Source: Candidatus Chisholmbacteria bacterium
GTDB taxonomy: Bacteria > Patescibacteriota > Microgenomatia > UBA1400 > Chisholmbacteraceae
Direction: 5' to 3'
Assembly (NCBI GenBank): GCA_963704905.1
Contig: CAVPHZ010000002.1
Span: 292,537-356,536, forward strand
DNA length: 64,000 nucleotides
The translations under genes were made by a program, and so were the position numbers. Numbering within the stretch: position 1 is the stretch's first letter; the number at the start of each line of letters is the position of its first letter. Below, one piece after another: positions 37,874 to 48,809 of this stretch. The notes beneath the pieces were generated by a model. The model did not search any database, was not told the DNA's origin, and saw only the letters and a list, made by a program, of their open reading frames with translations.

Positions 37874-38881
37874 TTATGCCTCATTGAGATACTGATACAG
37901 TGCTCGAGCGAGTTTTTCAGAATCGTGTCGAACAATACTCCGTGTAAGTCGATCGCCTTTCACCTTACGGTGCATATGTTCTGAAATAAAGTCTCGCTTT
38001 ACGACGCGGTAAGGAACCTTCGACAGATTAATCTCAACTGGATGGGAGTGTTCCTTCGTATAAGAAGCCAGAACTGTGGCGGGAAAGTCAAAATTTCGAT
38101 TGACAAATACTGCATTAAGAATACTCGAGCCCAAATACTTCTCCACCTCATTAATATGATCCCGAGCGGAAAAACCATAGGTCTGACCCCATCGCGTCAT
38201 GAGATTCATGACATACACAACCCGACCCTTACTTTGTGCAATAGCTTGAGGTACTCCACCAATCACAACATCTGCTAATACGCTGGTATAAAGATCTCCA
38301 GGTCCCAGTACAATCAAATCAGCATTACGGAGTGCAGTGGCTGCATGAGTGTCAATAGTAGCGCGCGGCTTCGTCGAGAGTGAAACAATATGAAGCGATC
38401 CGTCATGCATTGGTTCGTCGATGTGATGCTCTCCAACGACTTTTCTCCCATCCTCATACTCGGCGACTAAATCAACAGCATCACTTGAAACAGGCAGGAT
38501 TTTCCCTCCTATGCGTAAGATTTTCCCTGTTTCTTCAATCGCATGCTCCTGAGAACCCAAGACATCTGCGAGGGCAGCCATAAATAAATTCCCGAATGTC
38601 ATTCCCGAAATACCTTTTCCTTGATGAAATCGATACATAAACAGCTTTCGTAAAATTTCGCTTTCCCCATTTGTCTCTGCCAATGCCACCATGCATTGAC
38701 GGATATCGCTGGTAGGAAGAAGCCCAAACTCATCCCTAATAACTCGATTACTGCCACCACTATCAGCCATTGAAACAATTGCAGTCAATTCAACGGGATA
38801 TTTCTTAAGACCTGTCAGGGCCACAAATGTCCCGGTCCCTCCTCCGATGACAACCACTTTTTTCTTTTTCTTGTTTTTCAT
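37874..38881 (-). CDS. YvcK/CofD-family (UPF0052) protein, gluconeogenesis-factor-like
   Basis: VVIGGGTGTF...SMADSGGS. Confidence 0.75.
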   Translation of the reverse strand: MKNKKKKKVVVIGGGTGTFVALTGLKKYPVELTAIVSMADSGGSNRVIRDEFGLLPTSDIRQCMVALAETNGESEILRKLFMYRFHQGKGISGMTFGNLFMAALADVLGSQEHAIEETGKILRIGGKILPVSSDAVDLVAEYEDGRKVVGEHHIDEPMHDGSLHIVSLSTKPRATIDTHAATALRNADLIVLGPGDLYTSVLADVVIGGVPQAIAQSKGRVVYVMNLMTRWGQTYGFSARDHINEVEKYLGSSILNAVFVNRNFDFPATVLASYTKEHSHPVEINLSKVPYRVVKRDFISEHMHRKVKGDRLTRSIVRHDSEKLARALYQYLNEA

Positions 38882-38930
38882 GAATTTTGAGATTTGTTAC
38901 ATGCGGCAGTGAGCAGAAGACAGTTGATTT

Positions 38931-40166
38931 CTACTGGAATTTCTTCAACCTGTCAATTACTGAAGAGATTGTCAGCATCGCTGATTTCTCTGTATTGCGC
39001 AATTTCCACTCTACAACATTTTTAGTCTTTTCAGAAACAACTAACCGAACCGGGATTCCAATTAAATCTGCATCCGCAAACTTCTCACCTGCCCCGACAT
39101 CACGATCATCATAGAGAACGTCAACACCGGCAGACTGAAGCTTCTGATAAACCTGCTCTGCCTTGTCTGCCTCACCGATTTTAAGTAAATGGCAGGTAAA
39201 AGGAGAAACATTCGGATGCCAAATGATACCTCGATCATCATGACTAGTTTCAACCAATGCCCCCATCACCCGCGTCGAACCGATACCATAGCTACCAAAA
39301 TACGGATAGGTTTGATTGCCATGATCATCAGTGAAACGAACCTTCATTTTTTCACTATAGTATGTTCCAAACGGAAAGATGTTTCCTACTTCAATCGAAC
39401 TTGATGTCGCAATCGTACCTTTCCCGCAACGTGGACAAACACCGCCAATTTTCCCTGAAAATATCTCTTTATTTTCACCCCAGTCACATCGATCGCAATA
39501 GTAAATAGTATCTTCCCCTCCATCAGAAATCACTTGAAATTCATGCGTACGATTTTCGGTAAACACCCCACCGGAAGCCTCGATAACCCGGATTTCAAAC
39601 CCAAGTCGTTTGAAAATAGTTAAATATGCCTCTTTCACCAGTTTGTAATACTTCAAAAAATCTTCCTCAGTCGCATGAAGACTATATAAGTCTTTCATCA
39701 TGAACTCTCTACCCCGCAAGATTCCACTTCGGGCTCGTGCTTCGTTACGAAATTTAGTTGAAAAATGATAAAGCGCAACCGGAAGATCTTTATAAGTGCG
39801 AAGATGCTTTCGAATGAGATCAAGTAAAATCTCCTCATGAGTAAACGAAAGGGCATACTCCTTACTTCTACTATCTTTAAATTGATACATCACTTCTCGA
39901 GCTGTCTCCCATCTTCCTGTTTCATTCCATATAGTCTTCGGATGCAAAAGCGGCATGAGTACCTCCTGAGCGCCTGTTTTATTCATTTCTTCCCGTATGA
40001 TGGCATTGATTTTTTCAACCACACGAAATCCCAATGGCAGTAGCGTCCAACTCCCAGCCATAAGTTGATCGATATATCCTCCCCGTACCAGGAGTTGATG
40101 ATTAATGCTTTCTGCACCCTGCGGCGCTTCTCGAATGGTAGATGGAAAAAGTGACTGCTGTTTCAT
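38931..40166 (-). CDS. proS: prolyl-tRNA synthetase (short form without an editing insertion)
   Basis: The N-terminal STIREAPQGAESINHQLL, class II motifs and SFTHEE are present. Confidence 0.85.
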   Translation of the reverse strand: MKQQSLFPSTIREAPQGAESINHQLLVRGGYIDQLMAGSWTLLPLGFRVVEKINAIIREEMNKTGAQEVLMPLLHPKTIWNETGRWETAREVMYQFKDSRSKEYALSFTHEEILLDLIRKHLRTYKDLPVALYHFSTKFRNEARARSGILRGREFMMKDLYSLHATEEDFLKYYKLVKEAYLTIFKRLGFEIRVIEASGGVFTENRTHEFQVISDGGEDTIYYCDRCDWGENKEIFSGKIGGVCPRCGKGTIATSSSIEVGNIFPFGTYYSEKMKVRFTDDHGNQTYPYFGSYGIGSTRVMGALVETSHDDRGIIWHPNVSPFTCHLLKIGEADKAEQVYQKLQSAGVDVLYDDRDVGAGEKFADADLIGIPVRLVVSEKTKNVVEWKLRNTEKSAMLTISSVIDRLKKFQ

Positions 40167-40172
40167 GCCAAA

Positions 40173-41291
40173 TTACACGGGCCGTTCAAACAAACCTCGC
40201 AAACTACTCAGGTCAAATCGCCTCACAATATCCTGTACTGTAATCGCCAACAGGAGTGCAAGTAAAAACGCCATCCCAACGGCATGCGTCATCCTCTCAA
40301 CCCGAGCATTAACCCGCTTTCCAATAACTGCCTCCAAAATCACAAACATCAATCTGCCTCCATCTAATGCAGGGATGGGAAGTAAATTAATAATTGCCAA
40401 ATTGACAGACAAGACTCCCACCAATTGAATAAGGGGAGTCAGACCCACATTGGCAACCTCTCGCACAAGAAAATAAATCTCAAATGGCCCACCAATATCG
40501 CGAGGAATTCTACCTGAAAAAACATTTACAATCATCAGCCACAAACCACTCAAAATACTCATCCCCCAATTCAACGCCTCACCCATCCCAAACCTAACAC
40601 CTCGAAACGGCATTTGCCAGATTGGGTAATGGACAAACTCAATTTTAGGTGCGATCACTACTCCCAACGATCCCTGACCCTCAGGAGGATCACGTCTTGG
40701 TAAGGCAACCGTCTCAATGTGCTCTCCACCTCTATCGACCAAGAAAGTTACTTCTTCTCCAACCTGAGCTTCTACTAAACTCTTAAACTCGTCGGTGAGC
40801 AGCACTTCTTCACCCCCAACTGCAATGATCACATCTTCCAGCTCAAAGGCATCGTGTGCAGGTGATTCTGGAGCGATGCCGATCACTTGAACTTTATCGA
40901 TCGGTGTCGGGATACCTAAAACTGAGTACAAACCGCTAAACAGCAGAATTCCCAAAAGAAAATTCATGATGACGCCTGCTGAAAGAACCGCTAAGCGAAT
41001 TCGTTTTGGTTGAGTAAAAAAAGCCACTTTTCGAAGTTCTTCGGTACCTTCAATTTTCTTGATCTGCTCTACATCCTCTGCCTCTTCTCCAAAAAGTCGA
41101 ACAAAGCCTCCTATTGGCAACAAATTTAATGAATAAATTGTCTCTCCAACTTTTTTTCCAATCAGTCGTGGTGGTAATCCAAAGCCAAATTCAAGAACAC
41201 GGATTCCAGCCCGCCTGGCAACAAAAAAATGTCCAGCCTCGTGAACAAAAACTAAAAGCGAAAGAATAGCAGTAAACAATAACAGATCCAT
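40173..41291 (-). CDS. rseP: RIP zinc metalloprotease RseP (site-2 protease, M50)
   Basis: HEAGHFF (HExxH), a PDZ segment and a C-terminal LDGG motif. Confidence 0.85.
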   Translation of the reverse strand: MDLLLFTAILSLLVFVHEAGHFFVARRAGIRVLEFGFGLPPRLIGKKVGETIYSLNLLPIGGFVRLFGEEAEDVEQIKKIEGTEELRKVAFFTQPKRIRLAVLSAGVIMNFLLGILLFSGLYSVLGIPTPIDKVQVIGIAPESPAHDAFELEDVIIAVGGEEVLLTDEFKSLVEAQVGEEVTFLVDRGGEHIETVALPRRDPPEGQGSLGVVIAPKIEFVHYPIWQMPFRGVRFGMGEALNWGMSILSGLWLMIVNVFSGRIPRDIGGPFEIYFLVREVANVGLTPLIQLVGVLSVNLAIINLLPIPALDGGRLMFVILEAVIGKRVNARVERMTHAVGMAFLLALLLAITVQDIVRRFDLSSLRGLFERPV

Positions 41292-41297
41292 AGCACC

Positions 41298-41855
41298 TTA
41301 AACGGTTCTGAGCTCCTCTCGTTTCCCTTCACCAAGTTCTTCGATGCGCTTCATAAACTCGTCAGTCGTTTTTTCAAGTTCTGCCATCTTACGATGAATA
41401 TCGTCCTCACTCACTCCCGGTTGACCTTTCATATCCTCGATCATTTTCTTGGTGTCTTGCCTTGCTTGTCGAAGCAGTACTCTCCCGCTTTCTAGCTTTT
41501 GGTTAACAAGTTTTACCAGCTCTTCCCTTCTCTCTTCAGATAGAGGTGGTATAGAAATTCGGATGATATTTCCATCAACAACCGGGCTTATGTACAAATT
41601 GCTTGAAGATATCGCCTTTGCAATGCTTTCCAAAATAGTATCATCCCAAGGTTGAACAACTAAGAGATGTGGATCTGGTGCGCTGATCGTTGCCAATTCA
41701 ATAATCGGCATACGAGATTCATAGACCTCAACTTGAACTTTTTCCAAAAGATCAGGCTTTGCCCTTCCTGTTTTCACCATTGCCAAATCGCCGGAAACAA
41801 TATCAATAACTGCCTCCATTTCTCCTCTGGAATTTTCGATTACGTCACCATCCAT
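41298..41855 (-). CDS. frr: ribosome recycling factor
   Basis: Typical RRF sequence. Confidence 0.9.
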   Translation of the reverse strand: MDGDVIENSRGEMEAVIDIVSGDLAMVKTGRAKPDLLEKVQVEVYESRMPIIELATISAPDPHLLVVQPWDDTILESIAKAISSSNLYISPVVDGNIIRISIPPLSEERREELVKLVNQKLESGRVLLRQARQDTKKMIEDMKGQPGVSEDDIHRKMAELEKTTDEFMKRIEELGEGKREELRTV

Positions 41856-41958
41856 ACAGAGACATTATATCGAATACCAGAACAAGTAACACCCCTATGC
41901 GTCATAAGTAAAATCAAATAAGCTAAACATGTTCGAAGGATATACTCTAAGCTCCAGT

Positions 41959-42426
41959 TTACTTTTCTCCTAGTTCCCAGCGGAGAAATCGTCCAATTTC
42001 AATTTTCTCACCTGTCTTGGCAACAGTTTCAGCAATCAGATCTTGGATTGATTTAGAACTATCACGAATATAGGTCTGCGAAAGAAGAGCTTTTACATCC
42101 GTAGGTTCCATTGAAGTAACCTGCATGGCAATTTCACGTCCTAGCGAGGCAAAATCATCAGTCCGTGCCACAAAGTCAGTCTCGCATTTCAGCTCCACAA
42201 ACGAAGCAATTTTTCCATTCTGGTGGACATATGATGCAATCAAACCCTCACTCGCGTCCTTGTCCGATCGCTTCTTCGCTTTCGCTAACCCCTTTTTTCG
42301 AATCCAATCCATTGCTTTTTTTTCATCTCCACCACTCTCCTCCAGTGCTCTCTTTACATCCATAACCCCAGCTCCTGACTTCTCACGAAGCTCTTTTATG
42401 ATCTCAATAGAAATAGTTTTTACCAT
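41959..42426 (-). CDS. tsf: elongation factor Ts (short, 155 aa)
   Basis: ELREKSGAGVMDVKRAL and TDFVARTDDF. Confidence 0.8.
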   Translation of the reverse strand: MVKTISIEIIKELREKSGAGVMDVKRALEESGGDEKKAMDWIRKKGLAKAKKRSDKDASEGLIASYVHQNGKIASFVELKCETDFVARTDDFASLGREIAMQVTSMEPTDVKALLSQTYIRDSSKSIQDLIAETVAKTGEKIEIGRFLRWELGEK

Positions 42427-42436
42427 CGTGTCTCCT

Positions 42437-43237
42437 TTACGACTTCTTATTGGTTATTTTTTTCGATTGCTTTGGTTTCACTTGTCTACTGCTTTTTTTC
42501 TCCGGCACTTGCTTATTGGTCACATCCTTTGGATCCGTCTTTTTTCCTTGTAATGCCTTCCCATCATTGTAAGCTCGGGCTATAGTCGATACCAATAGTT
42601 TAATGGACCGGACTGCATCATCATTAGCTGGAATTACATAGTCCACAACATCAGGATTAGTGTTAGTGTCAACTATCCCCACAACCTTGATATTAGCAAT
42701 TCTTGCTTCTGTCACAGCGACTACTTCTCGATGAGTATCGACGACAAACAGTGCATCAGGTGGTCTGTTTAGTGTCACGATTCCCCCAAAAAATCGTTCT
42801 AACCGACTTATTTCTCGATTGAGGAGCACATTCTCTTTCTTCGTGTATTTTGAATAGGCTCCCTCTTGCATATTCTTTCGCATTTCAAGAAGTCTGTCGA
42901 TACTCTTCTTAATTTGCTCCCAATTCGTTATGGTACCACCAAGCCATCGCTCCGCAACAAAGGGAGCACCTACCGCCTGAGCCTCCTCGCGAATTATCGC
43001 TTTTGCTTGTCGTTTCGTTCCGACCATTAAAAGCGTTCCCCCTCCGGCTACTAATTCTTTTACAAATGTTGCAGCAGCCTCCAAACCTTCAGCGGTTTTT
43101 GCCAAGTCAAAAATATGAACCCCATCCCGGTCTGTATAAATATACGGAGCCATTCGTGGATTCCAGCGTCGAACTTGGTGCCCAAAATGGCAACCAACTT
43201 CCAATAGTTCAGGTAACGTCACATAATAATCACTCAT
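42437..43237 (-). CDS. rpsB: 30S ribosomal protein S2
   Basis: LLEVGCHFGHQVRRWNP. Confidence 0.9.
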   Translation of the reverse strand: MSDYYVTLPELLEVGCHFGHQVRRWNPRMAPYIYTDRDGVHIFDLAKTAEGLEAAATFVKELVAGGGTLLMVGTKRQAKAIIREEAQAVGAPFVAERWLGGTITNWEQIKKSIDRLLEMRKNMQEGAYSKYTKKENVLLNREISRLERFFGGIVTLNRPPDALFVVDTHREVVAVTEARIANIKVVGIVDTNTNPDVVDYVIPANDDAVRSIKLLVSTIARAYNDGKALQGKKTDPKDVTNKQVPEKKSSRQVKPKQSKKITNKKS

Positions 43238-43401
43238 ATGATGTACTCCTTTAATCCTCGCTCTGGCATGTAAGTTTTCTTCAAGGAGTGTATTGCCGAG
43301 AGCTGTGTAATAGTCGGTATTGTACGCAACAAACTTGTTGAAATCAATAGTAAGGGTAAAGTGTTGCCATAAATGGAAATTCTAGCTAAGCTATTTATGT
43401 T

Positions 43402-43692
43402 ATGAGATCGAAAGCAGAAGGTGAAACAGCAATCGGAGAGGAAGCGATTGTTAACAATACACTTAAACCTGGTGAATTAGCCAGATGGGTGATAAATAAT
43501 TATCCTGAGGATGATAGCGTCGCTGGTCAGTATTTGTCTACAATTCGATTTCAATTATCAATTGCAGATACTGCCGTCTTACCAAAATCTCAGCTGGCTG
43601 CTCATCTCCTTAGTGCAGATGAAATTGTAGGTAGATTAGAAGTAGTTACCGGTACTAATCTCCGAGACAGAATGAAAGAACAAGAAGATTAA
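43402..43692 (+). CDS. hypothetical small protein
   Basis: ORF only. It is convergent with folD and overlaps folD by 4 nt. Confidence 0.3.
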   Translation: MRSKAEGETAIGEEAIVNNTLKPGELARWVINNYPEDDSVAGQYLSTIRFQLSIADTAVLPKSQLAAHLLSADEIVGRLEVVTGTNLRDRMKEQED

Positions 43693-44645
43693 AGGGTATC
43701 CAGCAAATTCTCAAATAACGACACAACCGTAACCGGACCAACTCCACCAGGAACGGGAGTAATGAAACTTGCTTTTTCACAAACTTGCTCAAAATCAACA
43801 TCAGCAAAAGGTTCCCCAACATCAATCACCACTGCTCCATTCTTTACCATCTCACCTGAGATCAGATGAAACTGACCGGTTGCACTAATGACTAGATCAG
43901 CACCGTACACCGCTTCTGGTAATTCCTCCAAACCATGTGTACCGCTGAATTGTTTCCCTTCGCTCACCATAGCCACTCCAGTGGACCCACACAATTTGAC
44001 ATGAAATCCACGCTGTGCCAGCACATGAGCCAGAGGTTTCCCAACCAATTCGCTCCTCCCAATCACAACCGCTTCTTTACCTTTAAGAAATATTTTTGCA
44101 CGATCAATGATGTTGAGCACAGCCCGAACAGTTGCGGGAACTAGAGTCCATTTCCCTCGATAAACTCGGTCAAGATTCACGTTAGTCAAACAATCAACAT
44201 CGCGAGCCGGATCAATCTCAAAGGTAAGCTTCCTCCACCAAGGATCGTATGCTGCATTTTCATCAGACAATGTTCCTACAAGTTCACTCAAATCCTTTAG
44301 CCAATTTCCTGACCGAATTGCCGGTTTCGACAGTGCGTCAGCAAATACCTGTCTTGATGGCTTTTGGATCACAAATCCCTGAATACGCTGATCATGTGAT
44401 TCCTCTCGAATGAAACGTTGGAGTTCGTGAAAGGGTTCAAGAAACGACCTATCTATTGCAGTAAATTGTATACCAATTCGATCTGCAGTAGCTTGCTTGA
44501 GCCTTGTGTACACCAAACTATGCTTATCTTCTTTGAAATAGATGCTTACTATCTGAGGTTGAGATGGAAGCGACAGAATCCTCTCTTTGAGCTTTTTTTC
44601 GATCTCTTTTGCAAACAGATTACCATTGAATAGTACGGCAGTCAT
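43689..44645 (-). CDS. folD: methylenetetrahydrofolate dehydrogenase/cyclohydrolase FolD
   Basis: GKEAVVIGRSELVGKP...GAVVIDVG...PVPGGVGPVTV. Confidence 0.85.
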   Translation of the reverse strand: MTAVLFNGNLFAKEIEKKLKERILSLPSQPQIVSIYFKEDKHSLVYTRLKQATADRIGIQFTAIDRSFLEPFHELQRFIREESHDQRIQGFVIQKPSRQVFADALSKPAIRSGNWLKDLSELVGTLSDENAAYDPWWRKLTFEIDPARDVDCLTNVNLDRVYRGKWTLVPATVRAVLNIIDRAKIFLKGKEAVVIGRSELVGKPLAHVLAQRGFHVKLCGSTGVAMVSEGKQFSGTHGLEELPEAVYGADLVISATGQFHLISGEMVKNGAVVIDVGEPFADVDFEQVCEKASFITPVPGGVGPVTVVSLFENLLDTL

Positions 44646-44654
44646 GAAACCCCC

Positions 44655-45968
44655 TCAAGCAGGAACAGAGTATTTTGAAGCAAATAATCTAACTTCCTTC
44701 TTAAGTGATTGTAGTTTCCTGTCTTTTTCCAATATCGTACGAAATCCCTTTACAAACCGTTGACGCTTCTCTTTTTCCTCAGGCATTGGCCATTGCTTGC
44801 TATGCTTAATGATTTCGATAATCCAACCGGCAATCTTTTTCATCTCCCGCTCTTTCATTCCGCGAGTCGTAATCGCTGGTGTCCCCATTCGTAGTCCCGA
44901 AGGATAAAATGGCGATCCAGTGTCATATGGAACGGTATTTCTATTCATAATGATGTTGGCATATTCTAAAGCCCAAGCAACAGTCCATCCGGTAAGCCCA
45001 ACACTTCGCAGATCAAGAAGAACTAAATGCTTATCTGTTCCCCCGCTGACCACATCCAAACCGGCGTTCATAAATTCTTTTGCCAAAACCGCAGCATTCC
45101 TTACAACCTGATGAGCATATGTTTCAAACCGTTTTGTCCCTGCCTCGCGAAGCGCAACAGCTATTCCAGCAATGGAATGTAAATGCGGTCCACCTTGTAC
45201 ACCGGGGATGATTGAACGATCAATGAAGGTTCCGAACCTTTTACGGCAAACGATCACCGCTCCACGCGGTCCCCGTAGTGTCTTATGTGTAGTAAACGTC
45301 ACAAAATCAGCCAACGGAAATGGCGATCTCATTGCTCCAGCCGCAATGAGCCCTGCCTCATGCGCAATATCTGCCATATAAAACGCTCCAACACTTTTTG
45401 CAATGTGTGCCATTTTTCTGTAGTTGATCTCTCTTGGATAGGCAGTCCCACCCGTAATGATCATTCTCGGTTTGACTCGCTTAGCTTGCTCAGCCAGCTT
45501 TTCATAATCAAAAACCCGAGTTTTCTTCTCAACATGATAGAAATGAACGTCAAAGATCTTGGAAACCAGCGTCACTTTTTTATCTCCAATATGCCAACCA
45601 TGCGATAGATGTCCCCCGTCAGGCAAAAACATCGACATGATTCGATCCCCGGGTTCTAACATCGCGTTGTATACCACCAGGTTTGCTTCACACCCCGAAT
45701 GCGGTTGTACATTCGCCTGCCAATGTGTTGCATCTAATCCAAATGCTTTTAGCACACGATTCTCACACAGCCGCTCAACCTCATCCACGATCTCATTCCC
45801 CTGGTAATAACGTCTCCCGGGATCACCTTCTGCATATTTATTCATCAGCACCGACCCAACCGCACGCATCACATCTTTCGATGCATAGTTCTCAGAGGGG
45901 ATCATCTGCAGCTGCTCTCGTTGCCGTTTCTTTTCTGCAGCAATAATTGAAAATATTTCATCATTCAT
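44655..45968 (-). CDS. glyA: serine hydroxymethyltransferase
   Basis: FTTHKTLRGPRG PLP-lysine motif. Confidence 0.9.
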   Translation of the reverse strand: MNDEIFSIIAAEKKRQREQLQMIPSENYASKDVMRAVGSVLMNKYAEGDPGRRYYQGNEIVDEVERLCENRVLKAFGLDATHWQANVQPHSGCEANLVVYNAMLEPGDRIMSMFLPDGGHLSHGWHIGDKKVTLVSKIFDVHFYHVEKKTRVFDYEKLAEQAKRVKPRMIITGGTAYPREINYRKMAHIAKSVGAFYMADIAHEAGLIAAGAMRSPFPLADFVTFTTHKTLRGPRGAVIVCRKRFGTFIDRSIIPGVQGGPHLHSIAGIAVALREAGTKRFETYAHQVVRNAAVLAKEFMNAGLDVVSGGTDKHLVLLDLRSVGLTGWTVAWALEYANIIMNRNTVPYDTGSPFYPSGLRMGTPAITTRGMKEREMKKIAGWIIEIIKHSKQWPMPEEKEKRQRFVKGFRTILEKDRKLQSLKKEVRLFASKYSVPA

Positions 45969-46179
45969 ACGTTCGCAAGTATATCACGCACATCACGGGT
46001 GTAAAGAAAAACTCACTGAAAAATTCTTCTCAAATAATCTTTATCTTCTTTTTTAAAAGCTATGAAATAAACCGCAATAATTACAGCATCCTTTCTCGCT
46101 ATGAAACCCAAGTACAATTGAAAAATAGAGTAGTCAAATTGTTAACAGAAATTTTTGAAAAAATACCCCACTAACATGG

Positions 46180-47715
46180 TTACTCCCACTCCATCGTCGC
46201 CGGTGGCTTGGAAGTAATGTCATACACCACCCGTGATATATCGGGAACTTCGTTCACTATTCTGGTTGATATCCGAGCCAGCACGTCTTCAGGCAACCGC
46301 ACCCAATCTGCTGTCATCCGGTCAGAGCTGCTAACAGCTCTCACCGCGACAACTTCGCCATAAAATCTGCTATCCCCTTTGATGGCAGTTGTGTTAGTCC
46401 CCGTCATCACTGACCAGCATTGAAACACCTTGGAGTACCAACCGGTTTTCTTCATCTCTTCAACGACTATTGAATCCGCTTCAATCTGCTGGGCTAAACG
46501 ATTTTTAGTAATTGCTCCAACAATCCTCACGGCATGACCCGGTCCTGGAAATGGCTGTTGATAGACAACACCTTTGGGTAACTTCAGTTTCAAGCCAATC
46601 TCCCTCACCTGATCTGTATAATAATATCGAAGAGGTTCTAAAAGCCTCAATTTCATTTTCTTAGGAAGACCGCCGACATTATGATGGCTTTTTATGTGAG
46701 CCGACCGCTTGCTACCCTGTGAATGAATAAAGTCAGCATACGTTGTTCCTTGAAGGAGATAGTTTACGTCTTTGATATTCTTCGTCTCCCTTTCAAATAA
46801 ATCAATGTAGAGCTTTCCAATCACTTTTCGCTTTTGCTCGGGATCCGAAACACCTCGTAACTTTTCTAAAAACTCATTCCTCGCTTTTACAACAGTAACA
46901 CGAACACCAAATAGTCTTGGGTATTCTTTCTCAACTCTCTCTAGGGTACCTTCACGCATCAATCCGCTGTCTATGTAGACAGGATGAAACTGTTTTCCAA
47001 TCGCTCTTGCCACAATGGCACCAGCAACAGAAGAATCAGTTCCGCCGGAAATCGCACCAATAACATGTTTGCTGCCGACTTTTTCTTTTATCTCTTGGAT
47101 CAAATGATCGACATCCAAAGATTTTGGTTGTAATGCCAGACTGCAAATGCGTGTAGTGAATTGACGCAAGATATCTATCCCATAGTCTGTATGACGAACT
47201 TCTGGATGAAACTGTACCCCAAACATGTTGTGCGGTCCTCTCACTGCAGCAAACTTGACACTCCCCGTATCCGCTAGTACTTCGAACCCATCAGGAACAG
47301 CAACAACAGTATCGCCATGCGATTCAAATACTCGAAATTGGTCTGGTAATCCATAGAAAACGTCATTAAAATCCTTCACTCTCAAATCGGTAGGTCCATA
47401 TTCCTTATTACCAGCTGTTACTTTCCCTCCCAGGAGATGTGCCATTAATTGCCATCCATAGCAAATACCTAAAATTGGAATACCAAGAGAAAAGATTCGT
47501 TTATCAATAGTAGGTGCATGGTCTTCATAGACACTGGCTGGTCCTCCGGAAAATATAATTCCCGCCGGACGATATTTCTTAGACAGAGCAACTGCCCTGC
47601 TGGGATCAACCAACTCAGCAGACATTCCAAGATCTCTCAATCGCCTCACGATGAGGTGTGCAGTCTGGCTGCCAAAATCAACTACTATAATCTGCATTTC
47701 GGATGATGATTTCAT
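46180..47715 (-). CDS. guaA: GMP synthase (glutamine-hydrolysing)
   Basis: GATase (GICYGWQ) plus the ATP-PPase SGGTDSSV motif and the C-terminal dimerisation domain. Confidence 0.9.
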   Translation of the reverse strand: MKSSSEMQIIVVDFGSQTAHLIVRRLRDLGMSAELVDPSRAVALSKKYRPAGIIFSGGPASVYEDHAPTIDKRIFSLGIPILGICYGWQLMAHLLGGKVTAGNKEYGPTDLRVKDFNDVFYGLPDQFRVFESHGDTVVAVPDGFEVLADTGSVKFAAVRGPHNMFGVQFHPEVRHTDYGIDILRQFTTRICSLALQPKSLDVDHLIQEIKEKVGSKHVIGAISGGTDSSVAGAIVARAIGKQFHPVYIDSGLMREGTLERVEKEYPRLFGVRVTVVKARNEFLEKLRGVSDPEQKRKVIGKLYIDLFERETKNIKDVNYLLQGTTYADFIHSQGSKRSAHIKSHHNVGGLPKKMKLRLLEPLRYYYTDQVREIGLKLKLPKGVVYQQPFPGPGHAVRIVGAITKNRLAQQIEADSIVVEEMKKTGWYSKVFQCWSVMTGTNTTAIKGDSRFYGEVVAVRAVSSSDRMTADWVRLPEDVLARISTRIVNEVPDISRVVYDITSKPPATMEWE

Positions 47716-47732
47716 AGTGATTATTTCTCCCG

Positions 47733-48809
47733 CTATTGAACCAATATGCTGTGCGGACTGGATTCATGAACACCTGCTCGCGAGATACGGATAAATTTGG
47801 CCTTCTCAGCCAACTCCTCAACATTGTGGGCTCCTAAATACGCCAGGCCTGATCGAAGACCGCCAAGCATCTGATGCAAGTGATCTTCAAGTCCCCCACG
47901 ATGCGGTACCAATCCTTCGACTCCTTCAGGAACTAAATTTTTCGTCTGTCCCTTCTTCCAAGTTTGTCCGTACCTGGCAGCACTACCCTCTTTCATCGCC
48001 GCAACCGATCCCATACCTCTGTAGGACTTGTACATTTTCCCTCCGACTTGGATTACATCACCTGGAGCCTCATCCGTCCCAGCCAGTAATGAGCCCAGCA
48101 TGACTGTAGAAGCACCTGCAGCCAATGCTTTAACAATATCACCGCTGGTCTTGATTCCACCATCAGCAATGATGTGGCGCTTAAATTCCCGAGCCGCACG
48201 TACTCCTTCCAAAACTGCAGTAAGTTGAGGTACACCCATCCCACTCATGACCCGGGTCGTACAGATTGATCCCGGTCCCATTCCTACCCGGACAACATCG
48301 GCACCGGCTGTGAATAAAGCCTTTGCCCCTTCATATGTCGCCACATTTCCAGATATGAGCTGGACTTTTGGAAAGCGCTTTTTGATATCACTCGTAGCTT
48401 CAACGACGTGTTTCGTATGACCATGACTGGAGTCTATACAAAGGATGCGTACACCAGCAGAAACAAGTTGTTTAACACGCTCGTCAAAATCATCCCCAAC
48501 TCCTATAGCGGCTCCAACTACTAAATCTTCCTCTATCACTTTTTTCACCTGAGCTGCCTGTTGTTCAATCGAAAGATTTCGGTGGATAATCCCAAGTCCA
48601 CCCAGCTGAGCCAAGGTTTTTGCCATTTGGTATTCCGTGACGGTATCCATTGGAGAAGAGATAATTGGGGTCAGCAGTCGAATCGTTGAACTCAGTTGTG
48701 TGGATAAGTCCGTTTTTGATGGCCGAACCTCAGAATAATTTGGCAATAAAAGGACATCATCATAGGTAAGATATTCATCCATTGATAAAAGATCTGATAA
48801 TTCAGTCAT
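47733..48809 (-). CDS. guaB: IMP dehydrogenase lacking the CBS (Bateman) subdomain
   Basis: [19 protein letters not shown], the catalytic loop [11 protein letters not shown], and the IMPDH-type C-terminus [15 protein letters not shown]. Confidence 0.8.
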   Translation of the reverse strand: MTELSDLLSMDEYLTYDDVLLLPNYSEVRPSKTDLSTQLSSTIRLLTPIISSPMDTVTEYQMAKTLAQLGGLGIIHRNLSIEQQAAQVKKVIEEDLVVGAAIGVGDDFDERVKQLVSAGVRILCIDSSHGHTKHVVEATSDIKKRFPKVQLISGNVATYEGAKALFTAGADVVRVGMGPGSICTTRVMSGMGVPQLTAVLEGVRAAREFKRHIIADGGIKTSGDIVKALAAGASTVMLGSLLAGTDEAPGDVIQVGGKMYKSYRGMGSVAAMKEGSAARYGQTWKKGQTKNLVPEGVEGLVPHRGGLEDHLHQMLGGLRSGLAYLGAHNVEELAEKAKFIRISRAGVHESSPHSILVQ

